This document shows positions 1 to 9,126 of a stretch of DNA of 64,000 nt, piece after piece. Origin of the DNA: Lentisphaeria bacterium UBA1407 (lineage in GTDB: Bacteria > Verrucomicrobiota > Lentisphaeria > Oligosphaerales > Oligosphaeraceae); contig DBPZ01000118.1 in the NCBI GenBank assembly GCA_002305655.1, forward strand, positions 4,224 through 68,223, written 5' to 3'. How positions within the stretch are numbered: position 1 is the stretch's first letter; every line of letters starts with the position of its first letter. Under the pieces are notes generated by a model that worked only from the letters and a program-made list of their open reading frames with translations, was not told the origin of the DNA and searched no databases. Made by a program: the position numbers and the translations under genes.

Positions 1-1
1 G

Positions 2-1768
2 CCCAAGCTCGTGGCTAGATATGCGGATGAATATTTCAGCAAGCATCCTGATAACTTGGGCTTGCCGATGGGGGTCAATGACGGCGGCGGCGATTGCCAA
101 TGCCCGAACTGCAAGGCGGAATTGGAACGGACCGGCAACCAATATGCCCGGTTCTATAACAGGGCGGGCGCTGTATTGGCAGAAAAATATCCGGACAAGC
201 TGATTAGCTTCATTGCCTACGGCGCTGCGTCAACCCAGTCGCCAAAGGGCGTCAAGATGCAGCCCAATGTGCTGGTGGAAATTACAGGCATGGGCAGAGT
301 CGGCGCCTACGGGCTATTCTCGGCTTGGCGCGATTGCGGCATCAAGAATTTCGGGCTTTATGACTATCTCTACACGTTTGGCAATGGCTATGTCATACCA
401 AGATATTATCCACGAGCCATGGCATCGGCTTGGAAAGAAGCGAAAAAAGAATACAACTTGCAGACGATGTGGATGGAACTCTATCCGGCAACCGGTGTTT
501 TCGACGCTGCCCGGCAATATGTGCTTGACGAGGTGGCGTGGAACATGGATGTCGATGTAGAAGCGCTCCTGGATGACTTCTTCAGCAGCATGTATCAGGA
601 AGCAGCCCTGCCGGTCAAGCGCTTCTTCGACCTGCATGAACAAGTCTTCATGCGCCAAAAAAATTGGAAACGACCGATTAACGGGTGGCAAAAGTTCTCC
701 CAAATGGACGAATATACCTGGGAAGACCTGCAAAAAATGGAGCAGGAATTGGATATTGCCAGCAAAATCAAGTTGCAGGAACTGCCTAGGAAGCGGCTCG
801 AGGCCTTAAAGAAGCTCTGGCGATTTTCCAGTTTGCGCATCCGGGGCAATATCCTGGCTCGCGAGCTGGATGCGATGCAAAACATCGATTCAAAGGCAAC
901 GGCGGATAAGTTGGTTGAACTCGTAAAGCGAGGCTATCAAAACATCGCTGATTCCGAAGCCTATGCGATGGGAGATGAAGAGGAAAAACTGATTTTCATC
1001 AACACGGAAAGGCAAAATCTTGAGAAAATTAAAAACTACTCCTATCTCTTGCCGCTGCCCAATTTTGAGAAATACAGCGAGCCGGCTCTGGAACGGCTTA
1101 GCGACTATCTCCAGAAAAACAGGCAGAACCTGCCTGCCTTCTACCAAAAGCATGCCGCCGCGAGCTCGGATGAAAGAACCCAAGCCGCCTTTTTAACGCA
1201 AGTCTATATGCGTCAAAACAAGCTTGAGAACCTCGTGCGCAATCCCTCTTTTGAGGAGAGTGCTGGTCCTGGTCGTGAAAGACCCTTGGTGAGCGACCAT
1301 GTTGAGCTTAGTGGTGTGCCGGGCTGGTCTTCATGGACTTTCCCCAGTTCAGTAACCAGGTTCTTCCTGAATTCTGAAACGGCGCATAGCGGCAAGTATT
1401 CCTGTGCGATCGGCGAGAGGCAGATAGGTGGCTCGATTATCTCCTACGTCGGGCTGCAGCCGAATTGCCGATATCGGTTAACTTTCTGGGTTCGTCGCAA
1501 CCGTGGCGACGAGGGCTTTGGCATGGGGGCGGCCAGCGTGCGCATGCAGGGTGCAAGAGGCTGGCTTGATGATGGTAGCGCAATATCCGTCGCCTATCCG
1601 CCGGAATGCGAGAACAAATGGGTTAAGTGCAGCACGGTTTTCACGGCGCCGAACGAGCCGGCTACTGCCCTGATCCTGCTTTCGGCAACCAAGCAGGCAC
1701 CGGGGGTATGGACTGCCTTTGACGATGTCAGCCTGGAAAAAGTCTATGATCCGGAAGGCGTGAGATAA
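2..1768 (+). CDS. DUF4838-like glycan-active protein with C-terminal CBM4/9-like module (5'-partial, runs off window start)
   Basis: The frame of the 11..1768 ORF stays open back to base 2 (ccc aag ctc precede the listed GTG). The GGGDCQCPNC Cys cluster and overall layout recall DUF4838/GH20-like families. The last ~170 aa (NPSFEES...FDDVSLEKV) look like a CBM4/9 beta-sandwich, similar to the N-terminus of 33309..36275. Confidence 0.5.
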   Translation, partial: PKLVARYADEYFSKHPDNLGLPMGVNDGGGDCQCPNCKAELERTGNQYARFYNRAGAVLAEKYPDKLISFIAYGAASTQSPKGVKMQPNVLVEITGMGRVGAYGLFSAWRDCGIKNFGLYDYLYTFGNGYVIPRYYPRAMASAWKEAKKEYNLQTMWMELYPATGVFDAARQYVLDEVAWNMDVDVEALLDDFFSSMYQEAALPVKRFFDLHEQVFMRQKNWKRPINGWQKFSQMDEYTWEDLQKMEQELDIASKIKLQELPRKRLEALKKLWRFSSLRIRGNILARELDAMQNIDSKATADKLVELVKRGYQNIADSEAYAMGDEEEKLIFINTERQNLEKIKNYSYLLPLPNFEKYSEPALERLSDYLQKNRQNLPAFYQKHAAASSDERTQAAFLTQVYMRQNKLENLVRNPSFEESAGPGRERPLVSDHVELSGVPGWSSWTFPSSVTRFFLNSETAHSGKYSCAIGERQIGGSIISYVGLQPNCRYRLTFWVRRNRGDEGFGMGAASVRMQGARGWLDDGSAISVAYPPECENKWVKCSTVFTAPNEPATALILLSATKQAPGVWTAFDDVSLEKVYDPEGVR

Positions 1769-1834
1769 TTGGGAAGACGATTGAGCATTATCACCACGCC
1801 ACGCCTCGAGCGAAAGCATTTTCCAAAAAAATTA

Positions 1835-1887
1835 TTTTGATGACTTGCCTTGCGCCGTTCATGTGCTATTTTTACACGTCATCAAAA
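1835..1887. repeat. Perfect 10-bp inverted repeat (ttttgatgac / gtcatcaaaa) with 33-nt spacer, upstream of first trp leader
   Basis: Read directly: ttttgatgac at 1835-1844 and gtcatcaaaa at 1878-1887. It lies between the stop of the upstream gene (1768) and leader ORF 1 (1977). Function unknown (operator or hairpin). Confidence 0.4.
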
Positions 1888-1976
1888 CAATGAAACGAAA
1901 AAAGTTGTTGGATGTCAGGAATTGGAAGCCCTTGGATTTAGGCAGGGGTAGCGGTTAAAGTGAATCAGTAGAGACG

Positions 1977-2084
1977 ATGGAAATGACAGCAGTGGTTGCA
2001 AATCAAGTGGCAGTGGCCGGGATCGTATGGTCTTGGCGATGGTGGATGCTGCCGGGGCGCCGCTGTTGTTTTGGCTGCCTGTGA
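1977..2084 (+). CDS. trpL: trp operon leader peptide, copy 1 (35 aa, MEMTAVVANQVAVAGIVWSWRWWMLPGRRCCFGCL)
   Basis: Hand translation from ATG 1977 to TGA 2082-2084. Four TGG codons fall within six codons (2028, 2034, 2040, 2043). A GC hairpin plus U-tract follows 60 nt downstream, and the ORF lies upstream of trpE. It is too short for the ORF track. Confidence 0.7.
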   Translation: MEMTAVVANQVAVAGIVWSWRWWMLPGRRCCFGCL

Positions 2085-2144
2085 TGTGCATGCGTAGGAT
2101 TGCACCGCACTAGCAGGGAGAAATTGTAAGAGAAGACAATAGTG

Positions 2145-2190
2145 GGCCGCACCGGCGTGATAGAACCTGGTGCGGTCTTTTTGTGTTTTG
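2145..2190 (+). terminator. Intrinsic terminator (attenuator) of leader copy 1
   Basis: ggccgcacc (2145-2153) pairs with ggtgcggtc (2169-2177), giving 9 bp with one G-U. It is followed by tttttgtgttttg. Confidence 0.65.
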
Positions 2191-2259
2191 ATTTTTGATC
2201 AGGCGGCGCCAGGGGGTACTGGGGCGCAGGTAAAGAGTAGCAGTGAATTGGTAAAGGTG

Positions 2260-2403
2260 ATGGAAATGATGACAGCAGTTGCAGTTCAGATGATGGTGAC
2301 TGGGATCTTGTTGTGGTGGTCTTGGCGATGGTGGGCATTGCCGGAGCACCGCTGTTGTTTTTGGCTGCCTGTAATGTGTGTGTGGAGAATTTCACCGTAC
2401 TAG
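2260..2403 (+). CDS. trpL: trp operon leader peptide, copy 2 (47 aa, MEMMTAVAVQMMVTGILLWWSWRWWALPEHRCCFWLPVMCVWRISPY)
   Basis: This is the C-terminal part of ORF-track entry 2170..2403, with ATG at 2260. Five TGG codons fall within seven codons (2314, 2317, 2323, 2329, 2332), plus two more (2362, 2383). It is a direct repeat of copy 1 with a 1-nt T-run indel that shifts the stop. Confidence 0.7.
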   Translation: MEMMTAVAVQMMVTGILLWWSWRWWALPEHRCCFWLPVMCVWRISPY

Positions 2404-2432
2404 CAGGGAGCAAGTGTAAGAGAAAACAAGTG

Positions 2433-2476
2433 GGCCGCACCGGCGTGATAGAACCTGGTGCGGCCTTTTTGTGTTT
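2433..2476 (+). terminator. Intrinsic terminator (attenuator) of leader copy 2, 37 nt before trpE ATG
   Basis: ggccgcacc (2433-2441) pairs perfectly with ggtgcggcc (2457-2465), followed by tttttgtgttt. The trpE RBS aaaggag follows. Confidence 0.75.
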
Positions 2477-2512
2477 AGAGCATTGAATGTCAGATAAAAG
2501 GAGTGTTGAGAT

Positions 2513-4003
2513 ATGTTGAAGCCGTCGTTTGGTGAATTTGAGGCGTTGGCGAAAGGGCACGATATCGTGCCGGTGTATAGCGAGTGCCTGGCGGATTTGG
2601 AGACCCCTGTGTCGGTGTTGAGCCGCTTTGCCGGTGATGAGCATGTGCTGCTGCTGGAAAGTGTTGAGGGCGGGGAGCGTTTTGGGCGCTATTCGTTCAT
2701 CGGAGTCAATCCACACGGAGTGTTTACGGTCGTGGACGGGAAGGCAAGCTACGAAGAGAATGGTGTGCGGCGGGAACTGGTCCATGAGGGCAATGCGCTA
2801 AACGCGCTGAGGCAGGTGGTAGGCGATCGACGGGTGGCGCCGACGCCGGGGCTTCCACCGTTGTTTGGCGGCGCATTGGGCTATATCGGATACGAGGCAG
2901 TGAATCTGTTTGAAGAGCTGCCGCCACCGAAAAGCAGGCCTGCGACGCCAGACAGTGTATTTATGGTCACGGATGAAATGATCGTGTTCGACAATGTCAC
3001 GCATACGATCAAGGTAATCATTTGCGTGCGTACGGAAGACTATGCAACCTTGCGTGATGCTTACGATGACGCCGAAGTGCGTGCGGAAGTGCTGATGAAG
3101 CGAATCGAGGTGCCGTGTCGGTTGCGTCGCGAGGCGCCACTGGTCGGCACGTTGCCTCACTTGGAAAGCAATATGCGGAGGGAGGAGTTCTGCGCGATGG
3201 TCGAGAAGGCTAAGGAATATATCCGGCAGGGCGAGGTCATTCAAGTGGTGTTGTCCCAGCGTTTTTCGGCGCCGGCGATGTCGTCGCCGCTGCAGATTTA
3301 TCGGGCGTTGCGTCTGATCAATCCTTCTCCCTACACCTTTTTCCTGAAGTTGGGAGGGCTGGTTTTAGCCGGGTCGTCGCCCGAAACGATGGTTAAGCTT
3401 GAGCGTGGTCGCTCGTCGTTGCGCCCGATTGCGGGAACGCGGCGCCGTGGCAAGACGCCGGCCGAGGATAGTGCCTTGGCCGATGAGCTGCTCAGCGACG
3501 AGAAGGAACGTGCTGAACATCTGATGCTCGTGGATCTGGGGCGAAATGACCTCGGAAGGACAGCGGTGCCGAACAGCGTTCAGGTAAAGACGTTCATGAG
3601 CGTGGAACGGTACTCGCATGTCATGCATCTGGTGAGCGATGTTGACGCCATGATAGATCCCAAGGCCGATGCACTGGACTTGATCAGGACGACTTTTCCA
3701 GCCGGGACGCTCTCGGGCGCGCCGAAGATTCGGGCGATGGAGCTAATCAATGAGCTTGAACCAGAACCTCGCGGAGTGTATGGCGGTGGCGTTGGATACC
3801 TGAGCTACAATGGCAACATGGATTTGGCGATCACGATCCGTACGATCGAAATGCGGGATAATAAGGTGTACATCCAGGTTGGCGCGGGAATCGTGTATGA
3901 CTCCGTGCCAGATAACGAATATGAGGAGACGATTAATAAGGCAAAGGCGCTGTTCAAAGCGGTCAATCTTGCCGCAAATGGAATTCATTTGTCAGCAGAT
4001 TGA
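2513..4003 (+). CDS. trpE: Anthranilate synthase component I
   Basis: 496 aa with chorismate-binding family hallmarks (LLESVEGGE, SPYTFF, GTLSGAPKIRAMELI, RGVYGGGVGYL). It is first in a trp gene order. Confidence 0.97.
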   Translation: MLKPSFGEFEALAKGHDIVPVYSECLADLETPVSVLSRFAGDEHVLLLESVEGGERFGRYSFIGVNPHGVFTVVDGKASYEENGVRRELVHEGNALNALRQVVGDRRVAPTPGLPPLFGGALGYIGYEAVNLFEELPPPKSRPATPDSVFMVTDEMIVFDNVTHTIKVIICVRTEDYATLRDAYDDAEVRAEVLMKRIEVPCRLRREAPLVGTLPHLESNMRREEFCAMVEKAKEYIRQGEVIQVVLSQRFSAPAMSSPLQIYRALRLINPSPYTFFLKLGGLVLAGSSPETMVKLERGRSSLRPIAGTRRRGKTPAEDSALADELLSDEKERAEHLMLVDLGRNDLGRTAVPNSVQVKTFMSVERYSHVMHLVSDVDAMIDPKADALDLIRTTFPAGTLSGAPKIRAMELINELEPEPRGVYGGGVGYLSYNGNMDLAITIRTIEMRDNKVYIQVGAGIVYDSVPDNEYEETINKAKALFKAVNLAANGIHLSAD

Positions 4004-4073
4004 CGCCAGATGTGTTTTCCTCGCACGAAGAATGTTGGATTGGTTTGATGAAAGATTTAACAAAGTGAGGCAT

Positions 4074-4670
4074 ATGATGATTTTGGTCATAGATAATTAC
4101 GATTCGTTTACGTACAATCTGGTGCATTTGTTGTATTCGCTGAACGCCGATGTGGTGGTGCGTCGCAACCGGGAGATTACGGTTGCGGAGGCGCTGGACA
4201 TGCGAGCAGACGGGTTGTTGTTTTCGCCGGGACCAGGTCGGCCGGCAGATGCGGGCATTATGGAGGAGCTGATTCGATTGGCGGCAGAGGAGTCGATGCC
4301 GATGCTCGGAGTGTGTTTGGGACATCAGGCAATTGGCGAGGTGTTTGGCGCGGAAGTGGTGCCGGCGACGCAGATTATGCACGGAAAGATATCACGGATC
4401 AGCCACAATGGCGAAGGGCTGTTCGCGAAGCTGAAAAATGATTTCAAGGCTGTGCGATATCATTCCCTGGCGTTAAAGGAGGCGACCTTGCCGGAGGTTC
4501 TGGAGGTGACGGCACGCGCAGACGACGGGGAAATCATGGGCGTGCGGCATCGGACGTTGCCCATACATGGCATCCAGTACCATCCGGAATCCATTATGAC
4601 TACCAATGGCAAACAACAACTGGAAAATTTTTTGAAGATTGTAGAAGACCATAAAAGAAAAGGAGCGTAA
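4074..4670 (+). CDS. trpG: Anthranilate synthase component II (glutamine amidotransferase)
   Basis: The protein starts MMILVIDNYDSFTYNL and has the triad Cys motif GVCLGHQAIG and YHPES. ATG 4074 is preceded by gtgagg. The upstream part of ORF 3810..4670 overlaps trpE and was discarded. Confidence 0.93.
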   Translation: MMILVIDNYDSFTYNLVHLLYSLNADVVVRRNREITVAEALDMRADGLLFSPGPGRPADAGIMEELIRLAAEESMPMLGVCLGHQAIGEVFGAEVVPATQIMHGKISRISHNGEGLFAKLKNDFKAVRYHSLALKEATLPEVLEVTARADDGEIMGVRHRTLPIHGIQYHPESIMTTNGKQQLENFLKIVEDHKRKGA

Positions 4671-4672
4671 TC

Positions 4673-5692
4673 ATGTTAAGGAACTACTTGCAGAAAGTCA
4701 TGGCCCATCAGGATCTCAGCGTGTTGGAAATGGACGCGCTGTTGGAAAAACTTACGGGCAGTGAGGTGTCCTTTGCCCAGGCGGGCGCCATTCTCACCGC
4801 GTTGCAGATGAAGGGCGAGAGCGTCAGCGAACTGGTTGGAGGCGCGGAAATGATGCGACGGCACGCGACCTTCATTGACTGTGGCGGTCGAGAGGTGGTG
4901 GACCTTGTCGGTACCGGCGGCGATGGAGGCATCAGCTTCAACATTTCGACCACGTCGGCGCTTGTCGCCGCAGGTGCCGGGGTGGTGATTGCCAAGCACG
5001 GGAATCGTGCGGTGTCAGGTAAATGCGGCGCTGCCGATGTGCTTGCCGAGCTTGGATTTGACCTGGCTGTGTCGCCGGCGGCGATGGAGGCCTGCATTTG
5101 TACCCATGGAATCGGTTTCATGTTTGCGCAGAAGATGCATCCGGTCATGGGCAAGGCGGCGCCATTGCGACGGGAATTGGGCATCAGGACGATCTTCAAC
5201 ATGCTAGGTCCTCTATGCAATCCGGCTGGGGCGACGCGGATGGTCGTGGGCGTCTATGAGGCGCGATTGACTGAGTTGTATGCGAATGCACTGAAAGCGC
5301 TTGGCGTAAAGCACGCAATGGTCGTGCATGGCAATGACGGCTTGGACGAGATTAGCTGTTGTGAGACGACGCGTGTGACCGAACTCAAGGACGGCAACCT
5401 GCGCAGCTACGAGATTTATCCCGAGATGTTCTTGGGCGAATCGTACGACATAGCCGATATCGCCGGCGGTGATCCCGCGCAGAACGCTGCGATTTTGAGG
5501 AGCGTGGTTGACGGTGTGGAGCGTGGGGCGCCGAGATCGGTGGTGTTGTTGAATGCGGCAGCGGCCTGCTATGTGGCTGGTCGGGCAAAGGATCTGGCTG
5601 AGGGAATCGGAATGGCGGCGGAGTCCATCGACAGTGGCGCTGCCGCCGCGAAGCTGGAGACCTTGATTGCGGAAAGTCGAGGTGCAATATGA
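4673..5692 (+). CDS. trpD: Anthranilate phosphoribosyltransferase
   Basis: 339 aa with the GTGGDG motif, KHGNRAVSGKCGAADVLE and FNMLGPLCNP. Confidence 0.95.
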   Translation: MLRNYLQKVMAHQDLSVLEMDALLEKLTGSEVSFAQAGAILTALQMKGESVSELVGGAEMMRRHATFIDCGGREVVDLVGTGGDGGISFNISTTSALVAAGAGVVIAKHGNRAVSGKCGAADVLAELGFDLAVSPAAMEACICTHGIGFMFAQKMHPVMGKAAPLRRELGIRTIFNMLGPLCNPAGATRMVVGVYEARLTELYANALKALGVKHAMVVHGNDGLDEISCCETTRVTELKDGNLRSYEIYPEMFLGESYDIADIAGGDPAQNAAILRSVVDGVERGAPRSVVLLNAAAACYVAGRAKDLAEGIGMAAESIDSGAAAAKLETLIAESRGAI

Positions 5693-6495
5693 TTGCCCAC
5701 GGGGGTAAGGACATGACCATTCTGAATCAAATTGTTCGGGATTTGCTGCCAAGTTTGACGGCAAGCAAAGAACGCCTGCCTTTAAGGGAGTTGGAGATTA
5801 TGGCGAAGGATTCGCCACCGCCCAAGGATTTTGCGACCGTGTTTCGGACGCCGGGTCTGCATGTGATTGCGGAGCTGAAGAAGGCGTCGCCGTCAAAGGG
5901 CGTGATTCGTCCGAATTTCGACTACTTGGAATGCGCTCAGGCACTCGAGTCGGCAGGCGCAGCGGCCTTGTCGGTGCTGACGGAAGAGAATTATTTCTTG
6001 GGCAGCTTGCGGATACTGAAAGAGGTCGCCCAACAGGTGGATATCCCCTTGTTGCGCAAGGATTTCATTGTTGACCCCTATCAGATTTGTGAAGCACGCT
6101 TGCATGGCGCATCGGCGGTGTTGTTGATAGCGGCCTTGTTGCCTGCCGATGAATTGGTCCGTCTAAGCGACTACGCAAAGAGTTTGGGACTGACCGTGCT
6201 TGGCGAAGCGCACAATAAGGAGGAACTGAAGACGCTGTTGGGTTGCGACATAGAGTTGATTGGCATTAACGCACGGGATTTGCATAGCTTTGGCACAAAC
6301 ACAAGCGAGGCCAACAAGCTGCTTGGTCAGGTGCCAGCGGATCGCATTGCCATTGCCGAAAGCGCGATGAACAATCACGAAGACCTCGTGCGTGCCAAGC
6401 AAGCGGGTGCGCGTGGATTTTTGGTAGGCGAGGCGCTTATGCGCGCAGAATGCCCGGGCGACAAGCTCAAGGAGATGCTATGCGGCCACATGTGA
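5689..6495 (+). CDS. trpC: Indole-3-glycerol-phosphate synthase
   Basis: Motifs IAELKKASPSKG, LSVLTEENYFLGS and LLRKDFIVDPYQI. The start overlaps the trpD stop as ATGA (5689-5692). Confidence 0.93.
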   Translation: MIAHGGKDMTILNQIVRDLLPSLTASKERLPLRELEIMAKDSPPPKDFATVFRTPGLHVIAELKKASPSKGVIRPNFDYLECAQALESAGAAALSVLTEENYFLGSLRILKEVAQQVDIPLLRKDFIVDPYQICEARLHGASAVLLIAALLPADELVRLSDYAKSLGLTVLGEAHNKEELKTLLGCDIELIGINARDLHSFGTNTSEANKLLGQVPADRIAIAESAMNNHEDLVRAKQAGARGFLVGEALMRAECPGDKLKEMLCGHM

Positions 6496-7097
6496 AATTG
6501 TGCGGCATGACGCGGGTAGAGGACGTACGAGCAGCAGTGGAGGCCGGTGCGGACTACGTGGGATTTGTGCTGGTTGCTTCATCGCGACGTCGCGTAATGC
6601 CGTCGGCGTTGGACGAGCTGATCGCTGCGGTTGCGCCGGCGCGGGCGGTGTGCGTGATTGCTGACGAGGCATTGACGGTTGCACGGCGCTTGGCGGCGGC
6701 ACATCCTTCGCTGATTATGCAGCTGCACGGGCAAGAAAGCGCCGAGTACGCGCAGGCGTTGGCGGCCGATGGCGTTGAAGTATGGAAGGCAGTGGTATTG
6801 AATGACGACGACGACCTGTTGCGCTACGCGGATTTTCCAGCATCGCGGCTGGTGGTTGACGCCGCGCAAGGCGGTTCAGGTCGCCTGTGCGATTGGCGCT
6901 TGGCGGCGGCACTGGCGTCGCGTCGCCCGGTATTGCTGGCGGGCGGGATTGGTCCGGGCAACGCGGTGGCGGCTTGGCGGGCGACTGGTGCTTGGGGTTT
7001 GGACTTGGCCAGCGGCGTGGAGGACGCGCCGGGCATCAAATCAATCGAAAAGATCAATAAACTCATGACCGCGTTGCGGTCGCTAGACAAGGAGTAG
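6480..7097 (+). CDS. trpF: Phosphoribosylanthranilate isomerase
   Basis: The MRPHVKLCGMT start matches the family N-terminus. aaggag lies at 6469-6474, 5 nt before ATG 6480. The gene overlaps the trpC end by 16 nt. The ORF-track start at 6450 is judged an extension. Confidence 0.88.
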   Translation: MRPHVKLCGMTRVEDVRAAVEAGADYVGFVLVASSRRRVMPSALDELIAAVAPARAVCVIADEALTVARRLAAAHPSLIMQLHGQESAEYAQALAADGVEVWKAVVLNDDDDLLRYADFPASRLVVDAAQGGSGRLCDWRLAAALASRRPVLLAGGIGPGNAVAAWRATGAWGLDLASGVEDAPGIKSIEKINKLMTALRSLDKE

Positions 7098-7103
7098 TAA
7101 ACG

Positions 7104-8291
7104 ATGAAAACTCATTATGGAATATATGGTGGCCAGTACGTTGCCGAGACGCTGATGCCCATTTTGCATGAACTGGAAAAAGAATACCTGGCTGCGCGGG
7201 AAGACCCCTCATTTCAGGAGGAATTCAGGTCTTTGTTGAAGAATTATGTTGGTCGCGAGTCGCCCCTGTATTATGCGCGGCGGTTGAGCGAGCATCTTGG
7301 CGGTTCTCGGATTTATTTGAAACGGGAAGATTTGAACCATACTGGTGCGCACAAGATCAACAACACAATCGGACAAGCTCTGCTGGCAAAGCGAATGGGC
7401 AAGACGAGGTTGATTGCTGAGACGGGCGCCGGCATGCATGGCGTGGCAACGGCGACGGTCGCGGCGCTGTTCGGCTTTGAATGCGAGGTCTTTATGGGAA
7501 CGACGGATATTGACCGACAAGCGGTCAATGTGGAACGCATGCAGACCCTGGGAGCGACAGTTCGACCAGTCAGCGAGGGGTCGGCAACGCTCAAGGATGC
7601 TATGAACGAGGCGCTGCGAGATTGGACGGCGTGGTCGGCTGACACGTTTTATGTCATCGGGACGGTGGCTGGCCCCCATCCCTATCCGCTGCTGGTCAAG
7701 GATTTCCAGTCGGTCATAGGTGAAGAGGCGCGTCGGCAATGCCTGGAACAGACTGGACGGTTGCCGGACGAGGTCGTCGCCTGTGTCGGCGGCGGTAGCA
7801 ATGCGATGGGCATCTTCGCGGGCTTTTTAGAGGACAGCGACGTAGCGTTGACGGGCGTGGAAGCCGGCGGTGCGGGCATTGCCACGGGCAAGCATGCCGC
7901 AAGCATCACAGGCGGTCGCGTGGGCGTGCTCCATGGCAGCAAAACCTACCTGCTTCAGGATGACAACGGACAAATATTAGAGACACATTCGGTCTCTGCC
8001 GGTCTGGATTATCCAGGCGTGGGACCGGAACATTGTTTTTTGGCGGACAGCCGGCGTGCACGCTATGTAACCGTTGATGACGAAGAAGCCGTTGACGCTT
8101 TTGCCATGTTGGCACGCTTTGAGGGCATCATACCTGCTCTGGAGAGCTCGCACGCGCTGGCCTATGCCATCCGTACTGCGCCAGCGCAGAGTCGGGATAG
8201 GATTGTCGTCGTCAATTTGTCAGGTCGCGGTGACAAGGACATGGATTCGATTCGGCGCTTCCGTAAACAACAAGTCGCTTCGGCAAAATAA
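7104..8291 (+). CDS. trpB: Tryptophan synthase beta chain
   Basis: Motifs [11 protein letters not shown] (PLP lysine), [10 protein letters not shown] and [10 protein letters not shown]. 395 aa. Confidence 0.97.
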   Translation: MKTHYGIYGGQYVAETLMPILHELEKEYLAAREDPSFQEEFRSLLKNYVGRESPLYYARRLSEHLGGSRIYLKREDLNHTGAHKINNTIGQALLAKRMGKTRLIAETGAGMHGVATATVAALFGFECEVFMGTTDIDRQAVNVERMQTLGATVRPVSEGSATLKDAMNEALRDWTAWSADTFYVIGTVAGPHPYPLLVKDFQSVIGEEARRQCLEQTGRLPDEVVACVGGGSNAMGIFAGFLEDSDVALTGVEAGGAGIATGKHAASITGGRVGVLHGSKTYLLQDDNGQILETHSVSAGLDYPGVGPEHCFLADSRRARYVTVDDEEAVDAFAMLARFEGIIPALESSHALAYAIRTAPAQSRDRIVVVNLSGRGDKDMDSIRRFRKQQVASAK

Positions 8292-8319
8292 AGGGCAATA
8301 TAAAAGTGAAGGAGTCGTT

Positions 8320-9126
8320 ATGGATAAAATACAGAAAATCTTTGCATCATGCGCAGCGGCAGATCGAGCGGCATTGGTGATATTTTGCAGTTGTGGCTAT
8401 CCGGACATGGATAGCAGCGAACAGATTATTGAAGACGCGATAGCCGCAGGTGCGGATATCATCGAACTAGGTGTGCCTTTTTCGGATCCGATGGCCGATG
8501 GCGCGGCCATTCGCCAGGCATCAGAGGTGGCGCTGCGACAAGGCGCGACATTGAAGGGCGTGCTGGCAATGGCGGAGCGGCTCAGCAAGCGGCATCCCGA
8601 TACGGGATTCATTCTTTTCAGCTACATGAATGTGATGCTCAATTACGGACTGGACGCATTGTGCACTGAGCTTCGGCGGATTGGCGTCGATGGCATTTTG
8701 GCGGTGGATCTGCCCTATGAGGAGAGAGCCGAGCTGGCTGACCCATGCCGGTCGGCGGGGTTGCATCTCATACCGTTGGTGTCGCCGATGACGTCGCTTG
8801 AGCGTGCGGCGATGATCATGGGCGAGGCTACGGGCTTTGTCTATAGCGTGAATATCTGTGGTATTACGGGTGTCCGCGAGAAGTTGCCGCCTGAAGTTGC
8901 TGAGCGCCTGGCGGCTCTCAAGGAGCGGTCGCCAGTACCGGTGGCGGCAGGCTTCGGAATTGCCGATGGCGAGTCAGCGAAGGCAATCGCGCGGGTCGCT
9001 GACGGTGTCGTGGTCGGCTCGGCAGTGATCAACAAGCTACTGGCACCCGGTGAGCTGGAGACACGTCGGCGCGATGCGAGCGAGTTGGTGAGGACTTTGG
9101 CAGGGAGTATGTCGCGCCATGCATGA
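8320..9126 (+). CDS. trpA: Tryptophan synthase alpha chain
   Basis: The protein starts MDKIQKIF at ATG 8320, preceded by gaaggag. Motifs ELGVPFSDPMADG and GFGI. The earlier part of ORF 8074..9126 overlaps trpB. Confidence 0.92.
   Translation: MDKIQKIFASCAAADRAALVIFCSCGYPDMDSSEQIIEDAIAAGADIIELGVPFSDPMADGAAIRQASEVALRQGATLKGVLAMAERLSKRHPDTGFILFSYMNVMLNYGLDALCTELRRIGVDGILAVDLPYEERAELADPCRSAGLHLIPLVSPMTSLERAAMIMGEATGFVYSVNICGITGVREKLPPEVAERLAALKERSPVPVAAGFGIADGESAKAIARVADGVVVGSAVINKLLAPGELETRRRDASELVRTLAGSMSRHA

Noticed and set aside
1890-1958. 22-codon ORF (MKRKKLLDVRNWKPLDLGRGSG) upstream of leader 1
   Set aside because: It has a single Trp codon, no following terminator and no SD. It is more likely untranslated promoter-proximal sequence.
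2003-2785. 260-aa minus-strand ORF across the trp leader region and the trpE start
   Set aside because: It is low-complexity (Pro/Ser/His/Gln-rich). It partly repeats itself only because it reads through the two leader copies, and it overlaps trpE and the attenuator terminators. It has no start context.
3810-4073. N-terminal 88-codon extension of the trpG ORF overlapping the trpE 3' end (and similarly 8074..8319 for trpA, 6450..6479 for trpF)
   Set aside because: The extensions overlap well-supported upstream genes in another frame and have no homology pattern. Family-typical N-termini with Shine-Dalgarno sequences occur at 4074, 8320 and 6480.
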